From positions 25,505,291 to 25,569,290 of the forward strand of contig NC_068985.1 of the NCBI RefSeq assembly GCF_001194135.2: 64,000 nt of DNA, read 5' to 3'. Origin of the DNA: Octopus bimaculoides. Taxonomy: Eukaryota. Below, one piece after another: positions 28,698 through 41,187 of the stretch. Made by a program: the position numbers and the translations under genes. Within the stretch, counting starts at the first letter, position 1. Every line of letters starts with the position of its first letter. The notes beneath the pieces are model-generated. The model was given only the letters and a program-made list of their open reading frames with translations. It was not told the origin of the DNA and searched no databases.

Positions 28698-31104
28698 CTG
28701 TGTAGAAACTAAAACCCCCAGGTTAAATATTCCACTGATATTAAATGTCAGCCAGTTCTTGCAGGTAACAACAAATATACACACATGCAGACAAATACAA
28801 TATATATGTATATATAATATACATATAATACATACACACACACACACACATACACAAGTGCATGAGTTGTCTAACCAACCGGTTTTGCATTAAGAATACA
28901 ATGGACAATAGAGGACAATAGAGAGATGTCTCCATATTCCCTTCCATATCAGCTAACTCTGATGAGTGCAAAGTTATATAATCAGTTTGTTACCTAACAC
29001 TCCATTGTATTCTTTATGCGAAACTGATTGATGAGGCCAGCTGTGATGGATATTTAATACTATACATTTTGGCTACTACAAAGGTAATGGTGATGTCTTA
29101 CAAAGGTATCAAATTCCTGGGAGCTCCTCTATGCTGATGACTTTTGCTCTTATAGCTGAATCACTACCTGAATTAGTGAAGTTTCAGGTATGGAAGCAAG
29201 GTCTAGAATCAAATGGCCTTAGAGTTAACCTAGCAAAAACTAAAGTCTAAGTAAGTAAGAAGGCAGACAAATCATAAATCCCTTCAGATAGATGACCCTG
29301 TTCAATCTGTAGAAAAGTTACAGATAGAAATTTTATAAGATGCACCCAGTGTAAGCTTTGGATGCATAAAAGGTGCAGTAATATCAGGGGAAGGTTAACA
29401 GGGAAAATATCTTTCCTATGCGGAAGATGCACAGGTACAAAAAATGCTGCAAATGGGCAGAAAATAGACTCCATCAACTGCCAGGTGTGCAAGCTAGGGG
29501 TAGTAGATAGCTACTGTTATCTAGGTGACCAAGTTAGTAGTGGAGGTGGATGCTCCGAGAGCATAACTGTAAGAATAAGATTAGGCTGGGAAAACTTTAG
29601 AGAGTTCCTGCCCCTGCTAGCAACAAAGGGTCTCTCTCTCAGAGTGAAAGGTAGATTGTTTGATGCCTGTATGCAAACAGCTATGCTGCATAGCAGTGAA
29701 ACATGGGCTGTGACAGCCAAGGACATGCGTAGGCTTGAAAGAAATGAAGCCAGTATGTTTTGCTGGATGTGCAATGTCAGTGTGCATGTTTGACAGAGTG
29801 TAAGCATCTTGAGAGAAAAGTTAAGCATAAGAGGCATCAGATGTGCTGTGCAAGAGAGACAACTGTGCTGGTATGGTCATGTGATGCATATGGACAAGGA
29901 CAGCTGTGTAAAGAAGTGCCGATCTCTAATTGTGGAGGGAACCTGTGGTAGAGGTAGATTCAGGAAGACATGGAACAAGGTGGTGAAGCATGGCCCTTCA
30001 AACTTAGAGCCTCACAGAGATAATGACTGGTGACTGAAACCTTTGGTGATGTGCTGTGCTTGAGAGGATCTGTCAAGCCAAGTGCACTCGAGCTGGTGGC
30101 GTGTAAAGAACATCTTTTGAGCATTGGGCCTGATGGAGGCAAAGTGGCTGAGTTCCTTTCAAGTGTCAGGCCTCATAGAGGCAAAGTGGCTGAGTTCTTT
30201 TTGAGAATTGGGCTTCACAGAGGCAATGACTAAGACCTTTGGCATTATGTCGTGCTTGAAGAAGACTCACCAAGCCAAGCAAAATCACAGTTGCGGCAGA
30301 TACCAGTGTCACACAAATTGGTACCCATGTTGGTGGCATGGAAAAGCACCTCAGTGTCACACAAATGGCACCTGTGCTGGTGGCGCTTAAATGCACCCAT
30401 TACACTAGGAGTGGTTGGTGACAGGAAGGGCATCCAAACGTAGAAAACCATGCGAAATCAGACTGGAGTCTGATGCAGCTCTCCAGCATGCCAGCCTGGT
30501 TAAGCCTTCCAACCCATGCCAACATGGACAACAGATGTTAAATGATGATGACGATGATGATGATGATGATTTGCTACTTGATTATCCTAGGTTTTATTTA
30601 TAAGCTGATGAACATATGGTTTATATTAATACTGGTTACTTACATAATAAACAGGATATTTCAAAGTGGTAGAATTCAAAGATCGTCTTAGATAGACTTC
30701 ACCATTTCGAAGAATTGTAAAAACTTCTCTTGCAGGATAAAATCCAGTAATTTCATAATTCAATGTAACCTGTAAAGAAATAAGGAAATATATATATGTG
30801 TGTGTGTGTTCATATATTCTCTGTAAAACAACATAAATCTGAAAGAAGAATCACACTCTAAGATATAGAGCAGTATATATTAAAAATGGGGAAGGTTGGT
30901 TTATGGGATTACCTTAGGTTTCACATCCATAAAGGGTTTAATTTTATGATGTACTGTCAGATCGCAAAACTTGTTGGCCCAAGGTCTCTTAATCCCATAA
31001 ACCAGCCTTGCCCATTTTTTAATATATATATATATATAAATTCAGTTGAACTAGGTACTTAAGATGAGGCACCAAGCCAGTACATTAAAGGATGATGATG
31101 CTAA

Positions 31105-31142
<38 letters not shown>

Positions 31143-32744
31143 TTCAACTACAGTAGTAGTTGAATAATATTCTTAAGGCTGCAGTTTATTCACATGAACC
31201 ATATTTCAGAGCTTGTCGTTAATTTAGTTCTTAACCAAATTGAAAACTGTTAACATTTTTGAAGAGGGCTGGTCCCTAGCTAAATTTTGACCCTGTAGAA
31301 AAAAGTTTACATCAAAATTTGTAGCAATGTTGTAGGAGAATAAGTAATGCCACCAATCAGGTTTAGATCTTAATAACTTTTTTATTTTAAAAGTAAAATA
31401 TATTTATCTTAGCTTCAATGATAGAAAACCAAAAACAAAAATCAAAAGATTTGGTGAATAAAATTTGAAGAAAAGCAACAAAAATGAATTAGGTTATAGC
31501 AGTATGTACGTTTCGTACAAACTTCATTTATTTATGTAGTAAGAACACCACATAAAATGTACAATGAAAATGTACTCTTCAGCTGCATAATGGAAGTTCA
31601 TTTCAGAAAGTAATTTTCTTCATCTCCTACTCTTGTATTTGCACACATTTACAAAATTATTTTCTGAAATGAACTTCCATTATGCAGCTGAGGAGTACAT
31701 TTTCATTGCACATTTTATGTGGTGTTCTCACTACATAAATAAATGAAGTNNNNNNNNNNNNNNNNNNNNNNNNNNNNNNNNNNNNNNNNNNNNNNNNNNN
31801 NNNNNNNNNNNNNNNNNNNNNNNNNNNNNNNNNNNNNNNNNNNNNNNNNNNNNNNNNNNNNNNNNNNNNNNNNNNNNNNNNNNNNNNNNNNNNNNNNNNN
31901 NNNNNNNNNNNNNNTATATATGTACATTCATACATACATAAATATATAGCATTTAGATATTATAGTTTTTGCATTTATTTGGTATGAAGGACATTGACCA
32001 CAAATAAAATTGTGGAAAAAAGTAAAAGCAAAAAAAAAAAAAAAGAAGAAAAATACAGAACTAAAGGAAATAAAAATTTCAAACAAAAACTTACAGGGTT
32101 GTCAGCATCATAGCCACGTGCAGAAAAGACCAGCTTATTGAGGGCATGGTATTTGTCAATGTTGGAGTTATAAGGTGTGTTCAAAAATATTGGTGCATTA
32201 TCTTGATGAACAAAGATGTTGACTGAAGCTATGTCACAGTTAGGTGGTTGTCTACTGTCACATGCAGTTACACTGAACTGAAACATACAATTTAAATAGT
32301 ATTATAAACCTTAGACATCTTCATAGGAACACATACAAAGAAATGCAAACAAATTTATGTAAACACACATGCACAAAGATATACACACTATGTGTATATA
32401 TAAGTGGAAGCAAAACAGAAAACCTGTTCAATGCTGAAACATTACTAAAACAACCTGAAATTTTTTCTTGTTTATTCTTTTTACAGTGTGTCAGATGTTA
32501 CTTCTTTGTTACTTGACCCTATGCAGTCACTATAACTTATTTATCATCGCTTTGTACTGTCTGAGCCTTGTATCAAGTACTCCTCTCTCATGCTTGTATG
32601 CATATAACTGCATCACACACACTCTCTCTTTGTGTGTGTGTGTGTGTATATTCACATATAAAATGAATGAGAATGTGTCCTGCTCACATAAGAGTTGAAG
32701 GCTGCCTGTGGCCTTCAACTCTTTCTCTCCAAAAGGTTTTTAAC

Positions 32745-32782
<38 letters not shown>

Positions 32783-33411
32783 ATATCGTTTGTAAAAACA
32801 TGAATCCAGAGAAGGAGCACACTTCAAGATGTAAACAGGGCCGGATTTAGACTTATCAATGCCCTAAGCACTTAAAAGATTTTGGTACCCTCATAAAAGA
32901 TTATGTAATTCAAAATATAAACAATAACAAACTATAAAATAAATCTTTATTTTTTTAAATGAAACAAAACAGTAAAAGGGAAAATAATGTTTATTTTGTA
33001 TACTTCCACTTTATTTATATTTGCAAAGTTACCTCCTACCTTTTTGAATTACAAAGTCTTTGATCAGATCCTCAAAATTAATCTTAGGTAACAGATCTGC
33101 ATCTATACTTAGTAGAGATAAAGGCATCCCGAATATTATTTTAGCAAGTTTAAAGTGGTTTCTTTTGTGGCGTAAGCCATTTACCATTTCTGTGGTGCCT
33201 CCTCCTTCCCTTGATGCCCTAAGTACATGCTTATTTTGCTTAATGGTTAATCCAGCACTGGATGTAGAGCAGTTAATATTTTAATGGGGGAGACCAGTTT
33301 ATGGGATTACCCTGGGTTTCCCATCCATAAGGGTTTTGGCCTTACAGCCTACTATCAGACCTGAAAATCTGTTGGCCTAAGACCTCTAATCCCATAAACT
33401 GGCCTCCCCCA

Positions 33412-33495
<84 letters not shown>

Positions 33496-36400
33496 AATAA
33501 AAAAGATGATCTTTTTCTAATGTGGAGTTATCATTAGAACAACAGAAATACTGAGTAAATTACCCTTACAAGGCGAAAAAAACTGTCAACAACCAGCCAC
33601 GGGACTCAAACAGACACCACACAAAGACTTCAACTGAGTGCTTTACCATTAAACTAAACTGCTCAGTGATAACTTCTCTGCCAAATTTAGATACTAAATA
33701 CTTTAGCTTTATGGACCAACCATGTGTGTATAAATGTAAACAAATAGATATTCGTTCTTTTATTAGAAGCATCAAAAATGTGTATTGTACATACAAATAA
33801 GAAGATGATAATATATTGAACACTTTGTAAGGGTGATTTACCCAATATTTCTGCTGTTCTAATGGCAACTCTGCATTCGAAAAAATATCATCGTATTTGT
33901 ATCATACAACACACATTTTTGATGCTACTAATAAAAGAACAAATACTTGTTTGTTTACATTTACACACACACACACATGTGGACACACACACTCTCACAC
34001 ATACATACATACACACACACATTGACTTTTTCCTTAAGGATAGTCTATGACATAAGAGATGTTGTCTACTCAACACTGGCCAATTGTCTTCTGCTATTGT
34101 TGTATTCATGGTAAAGTTTGTAGCTTTGTTACACCTTATATTGCATCCAGTTAGATCAGAGATGTAAGAACATTTTAAGTACTAGAGGTGAATTTTAAGT
34201 GCCTGTGGGAGACATCGGTTCTGTGAAAAATAATGTATCTTTCATTTTACAAATTCATGTATCCCCTTTTGTTAATATAGAATTGTAAAGACATTGCCAG
34301 TAATTACTTTCAAATCTAAATGCAGAAAAAATTTCACCTGCAGGCTAGAGGTTCAACATGCCTGGGTTAGACCCTCATCAACTAGAGAAATGAATGCAAA
34401 GCTCCTGAAGGCTTAGTAGTTTGAGTATGTGATTGAAAAAAGTTGCCATTTGTGGAATGTTTGGTTTTCTGAAAACATGCTTACTCGGGATAAATTTCTA
34501 TGAAAATAAAGTGCTCTCAGCATTCTTCCAAATAGCAATTCATTATTTACATTTGGTAATTTTCCCTTGGAGTTAATTTTCTACCAAATGTAAATAATGT
34601 ATTGCGATTTGGAAGAATGCTGAGAGTATTTTATTTTCATAGAAATTCATCCTGAGTAAGCATGCTTTCAGAAAACCAATATATTGATAGCTAGCTCTTG
34701 ACTCATATTTTATCAAATCCAGAAGAATGAAACCAAAGTCAGCCCCAGTAGTATTTGAACTCAGAATGAAAGGGGCTATTACCAGGTATTCTATTCAACA
34801 GTGCAATAATCCATTATATTCACAAAAACGAATTACAATTTGAGCTGAGATTTATTTCTCATTGTATATATATATATATATACGATGATGGTAGATTGAC
34901 CAAAATTTAGAGATACAAAGCAGAAATAGATATAAAAGCATAGTGAAGATATCCTGCTGATATTAGGTGCTAATTGCAGCAGGATATGTTTATCTGACCT
35001 GTGCAAACATGGATAAACAACCAATGAATAAAATGAGTAAATTTCATGTCATACTCACTGTATTTATAATTTGAGATGTTGTTAATGCTTTCCTTAAATA
35101 TATCTTTCCATCATCACGGGTGATGTAATAATCATTATTTGCTAATCCAGAAATATTATAATATGGCAGATCCTAAGTAAAAATAAAAATAAGGAAATTA
35201 AATTTATATATAAATTTAAAAAATGGAAAAAGAATGCAACAGATGACAATAAAACATCCTGACAAATGAACAATGCAAAGATAGACGGGAAAAACAATAA
35301 AAAGATGGACAGGAAAAAAGCAGAGATGGGTCATTTGCAAGTTCCTCTCATCAGTCAATTTACCAAATTATCCTTACAGTTTGGGAAGTTACACTTGAGA
35401 CTGTTCAAATCTGGCTGCTCCAAAAATCTAAGCTAAGAGCATTAAATTTTTTAGGAGAAAGCAAGTGAATGTGAACGACAACATAGACAAAAAAAAAATG
35501 GAGAACATGTTACACAATTACAATTACAAACAACAAGAAAATAACAACAGGTGTTTTTCGACTAATAAAGATGAATCAAATTGAGCTGGCATGCATAGAG
35601 TGAAAGCCTTGCATATTAATATATATATACGATGATACTAGTGGTTTTAATCAATGAAAATACATAGATGAGAGTTGTTTTGTAGCTGGTTTTTGAAACA
35701 AAATGTCATCATCACTGGTAACAACAGGAATTAAGAGAATAACTTACTCCATCTCTGTCTGTTGCAGTAACTTGAATTATCATTTGACCAAGTGGATGAG
35801 AAATAGTAATATTTCTTCTGTATATACTTTGAGTAAATTTAGGTCCACTTGAATTCTGTGTCACCTGGATAGTTATATTTGTTGTAGCTTTGTCATTTGG
35901 GAATGCTTCATCATAAACAGCAAGAAGTATCTGGTAACAAAGAGAAATCCAAAATTAATAGATAAACAAATAAATGAGCATAGAATCATTCTTAGAAGCG
36001 TCAGCCAACCTGTGAGAATCCTTTCTGTCTTTCTGTTCAGGATATGGTCAGCTGTATGTGTGCTTTTTTTTTTTGGCAGGGGGAAGGGGTCTGTATTTTT
36101 GGAGAAGGAATTATTTTTGTGTCAAAACACTTTTTACTTCTTGTCAATTCAGAATATAGCCAGCTGCATGTATATATTGTGTTTTCGAAATGCGGAGTAG
36201 CTGAAACAGGGACAACTGATGAAGGGGTATACTCTTTATGTTACATGTCTTGTTTCTCTTTTTTTTTGTTGTTCACAAAGAAGTTCGTTTCTATGTTTTG
36301 TTTTTATGTTTTCATTTCTCATTGTGTTCAACGTTTTTTTGATGTCCTGTACCCATATATGCATGTATATATTGTGTTTTCGAAATGCGGAGTAGCTGAA

Positions 36401-36634
36401 ACAGGGACAACTGATGAAGGGGTATACTCTTTATGTTACATGTCTTGTTTCTCTTTTTTTTTGTTGTTCACAAAGAAGTTCGTTTCTATGTTTTNNNNNN
36501 NNNNNNNNNNNNNNNNNNNNNNNNNNNNNNNNNNNNNNNNNNNNNNNNNNNNNNNNNNNNNNNNNNNNNNNNNNNNNNNNNNNNNNNNNNNNNNNNNNNN
36601 NNNNNNNNNNNNNNNNNNNNNNNNNNNNNNNNNN

Positions 36635-36674
<40 letters not shown>

Positions 36675-39600
36675 TTAAGATAAACAGTAGTAATACACAT
36701 ACTTCAAATAAAAAATAAACAGTTAAAATTTAAAATATTCAACACCAAAAATTGCAAGAAAAAATTACAAAATGAACAGATGATAACAGGAATACTTACT
36801 GTATATTTATCTTGTTGTATATTACGTAGTAAATTAGAATTTTTCAGAATTATATGACCATTTGTGTTCACAGAGAATATATAGGATGCCACTCCATAGC
36901 CTTGGATTTCATACTTCAAATTTTGCTGTGGAAATGGGGAAAGTTTATAATCAACAACATATATTAATAGGAGTTATATCTTGATTGTTATATTTAGTGT
37001 AATTATACATTATAATTTTTTTTATTTATTTATCATGAATGCTTAAATAATAATTTAAACTAATTTTTTTTTTATTGTCCAGTATCAAATGTCATGCTTT
37101 CGCATTCCTTTGGACAGTACAAGTAAGACTGGTTGGCAATTATATGTTACAATTCTGTATTGCTACTGTTTGCATCTCACTCAAAGATTTAACATAGCTA
37201 ATAGTAATTATGAGTAGTTAAAATGAATACATTTATAGGTGGAGTCAGAACTCTGGAACCAATGTTTATATGACTAAAAATTTTATTAAATTAATTTGCC
37301 TTTATGTCATTATGAAAAGTGTAACTCAAGATTGTTACACTTTATCAAAATAGAATATGAACACAATTTTCTAATGAGTGGATGATAACTGGACTTATGC
37401 ATATCTGGAGAAAATGCAACATTAATTAAAATGAGAGAAAAGAACTTACACGCAGATCTCTATCCCGTGCTGTGACTCCGGTGAAAATAGTACTACCCTG
37501 AGAAGCATTTTCGTCAGTTACTGCAGAATAAGGTGTATTAAGGAATTCTGGAGAGAAGAGGCTTTTAATAATCCTTATTGTCACTATAGCTGTGGCAGTT
37601 TTTTCTGGAATTCTCTGGTCACTAGCAGTCACTTCAAACTGAATAAAGTGTGCATAAATAAAATTTAATTACAAATTAGAACAAACAAGTAACAAATAAT
37701 TAACAAATTAGAATAGAAATTAAAATTTATATGAAAACAAATTGAAATGTATAAAACAGAATTCAAAAGTATTTAATTTTTCCTTACAGAATTAACTTTT
37801 GTAATGAAAATGTAAAAGTATCTTGTATTTTTAATATTTCATGCTGGTATAGCTTATATGAGTAGTTGTTTGGTGTAGAGTATATATTTATAAGTGCCTC
37901 TTAAAAAGACACATTAGAAGGAGCAGCTAGTGATTAAAAAAAAGAGAGCAGTGATGTGTATAAGCAATGTCCATGGTTATAACCTACGGAATTGGAAAAA
38001 GTGAATGAAGTTAAAAGTTTTCTGTTTAATTTGAGTTGTTGCTATTTAGTATAGGAAACAAAGCTATTGTATTAAGAGATAAAGGAAAAATAAATGAAAT
38101 ATATTGAATAGATTTAAGAGTGGTATAGAGCTGACATTTTTACAGAATTCAAAGCCATTGTAGGAATAGCAGGAAAGACTGGGTGTTAATAGTTTGACAA
38201 TGGATCTCTGTTAGAAGGAGGTAGTGGCTGTAAATTTGTCCAGTAGGTGGATATTTATGTTAGCTTTGGGGTTATAGGCAAGTAGATCTTTTATGAACTT
38301 GTTCTTTGATAAAAGAAAAATAATCAAGTTCTTTCGTGATGTTGGAGGTGATGATTTTGCTCTCAATAATTTCCTGGAGTGTAATAAGCAACAGCTGTTT
38401 GATCATGGTTCAAAAAATTGATATTCCATTGATAATTAGATCTTTTAAGTATGATTAGATCTTTTAAGTATAAAAAAATTAAGATGAAGGTTATACAGAA
38501 GAATACCTAGTAGTTATACTTTGATATACATTGACATTAAAAAATTTAGCAAGGTTTTGAAAAAGTGATTGATTTATAGTTTTCTTTTTACAGACCATTT
38601 TACAACATAACTTCAGTGAAATAAATTTTAAATTTGTAATTATTTTAAGCCTGTTATATTGCATTGGTCAATAAAATTTGTTGGATGCTAATTAAAAAGT
38701 AAAGCTTAAAAACTTCATATAAAGTGTCAAAATCTGATTATAATAAATATTAATAAAAAAATCTGGAAAGAATATTTTAAAAAGTGGAATGATATTGTGC
38801 AAGTTAAAAGACCTCTCATGATCTTCATTGAATGTGATCATTCTAAAGCAGAATTTGTGTATGATAAAAACATATTAGTAAAACCCATACTTTTCTTAAA
38901 AGGCAAGAAATATCAATAAATAAACATATACATTTTATTTTTAATTTCCAAGAATCATAATATAAATGTATATTGTTAACTTCTTACCATAATCGGATTT
39001 TCAGGAATACCACGAAGACTTTTAATTAAGCTAATTTCTCCAGTGATGAAATTAACAAAGAAAAATTGCTCTGCTTTGAAATTTGAAGTGATGGTTCTTG
39101 AGAGACTATATTTCAAGACATCCTGTAAAGAATACAATCAAAAGGAAATATTTTATAAATCATACAAGATTTAATGAATTTACATATGAACATTCCTATT
39201 AGATCAATGCAATAACTTTATTACAAATAGATGGTACATTCAGTAGTGTGATGTAGAAAGTGAAACAAAACAATGAGCTATTCTTTAGTTTAATTATTAC
39301 TATATGTAATCTGTCTTTGACATTAATAAGTTTTTATGCATAGTCCAAAGAGGAAGACAATGGTGTAGAGTGTGTTGGGTTCTAGGGGCAGTTGCCCTGC
39401 AGGCAAAATTCTAAGGAGAGCAAAACTACAAAAGAAAGAAAATAAAGAAGTAGTGATAACAAAAAAAAAAAAAAAATAGCCAGCCTTACAGCAATATTTG
39501 TTTTGCCCTGGTTACCCAAAACCAGAGAGCTGGCCCAACTTCTTGCAACAGAGTGGACTCCACAAAAGGTGACTAAAAGTCTGGAGGTGATGTCAAATCA

Positions 39601-41097
39601 GATGAGGAATTAAATCTACTACACAAGTCAATTAAGAATACTACACAATTATGAGGAATAACTGAACAGACAATTTGTCAATTACTATACATATTTATTT
39701 TAAATTTTGGCACAAGGCTAGCAATTTTGGGGGAGGGTATAAATCGATTACATCGACACCAGTGCTCAACTGGTACTTATTTTATTGACCCTGAAATGAT
39801 AAAAGGTAAAGTCTACTTTGGTAGAACTTGAACCAGAACGTAATAACTATTTATATTAAGTAGTTATTTCAGGAGGTTTAGTATCAGTGTGTGGGGGTAT
39901 GGGGGTGTGCACGGGTGTGCAGGTGGCGGTGGGGGTTGATGGGTGTGCAGGTGTATGGGTGGGGTGAGGGATTTACACACTAATTCAATAAGTAGGTTGT
40001 CCAGTTGATCAAACAAATTAATATTCATTTGATAAAACTGATGCAAGAGTTCATAATATTACTTATGCTGGTGTGTGTGTGTGTGTGTGTGTATGCATAT
40101 AGGTATGTAAGTGTATGGTTAGGAAATTTTAAACCATCGTATTTAATAACATAATTCAAGATAAAATAAAACTTACATTGTCCAAATCTGCGGCTGATAC
40201 TGTAAGGATTATCTGACCAAGGTTTTCTGACTCATTCAAACTCCTAGAATAATTTTGCCTTAGGAAAATTGGTGTATTCAAATTTCTTTTCACAGTTATA
40301 AATACTGTTGCACTTTTCTTTGTTGAGTTTAGGGTTGCCTCAACCAATAACTGAAAGATTAGAAAAAATAAATTATGCCAGCATGGGAAAATAGGCATAC
40401 AATAATGATGATGAGGATGATGATAATGATGAAAACAACAATATAGAAACGTTTCAAGATTAAAATATGCTTGACTATTTAAGATCATAACAAAGAACAT
40501 TGTATTTTATGATCTCCGTAAAATAAACAAAAAGTTCAAAAATTTCCTCCAATGTGCCCAGTTTGCAGCAGATATGAATGTTATACAGCCAAATTTTGGA
40601 ATGGCTGGATGGCTTTCTACTCCCTGTAGCAAAAAGATTGAGTTCCTATATTCAGGATACTTTTGATTTTGTGTCCAAAATTAATAACTGTTTTTTGATA
40701 ACCATAGGTGTTTCTTCACTATGCCCCATTATTGACCACAATGTGGGGATGAAAGCGTGCATGAATGCCTTTGAGGAATGATCAAACAAAAGTGCTCAAC
40801 ATCCTTAAACAACCCTTATTCAGAGACCTTTTGAGTGGGATGGGCTACTCGACCTGAAGAAAATTCTAACTAGGCCCCACCTGCAAGGTCATGTGCTGTT
40901 TATCTTGATATGAGATCACAATGTTATGCACATATGGTTGTGATGCATGTGCCTGACATACCCTTATCAGATGGGTTGTCATGATGGGTATACTGGGCTT
41001 CATATATTTCACCCCAGTGTCATTTTGATTGCATGCACTGCTCTCTCTCTCTCTCCCCCCTCTCTCTCTCAATAATAATAATAATAATAATAATAAT

Positions 41098-41187
<90 letters not shown>

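Noticed and set aside
33888-34109. [12 protein letters not shown] resembling the cadherin 'I.E' strand
   Set aside because: No PxF linker, no DxD, no phase-0 splice sites; runs into (CA)n
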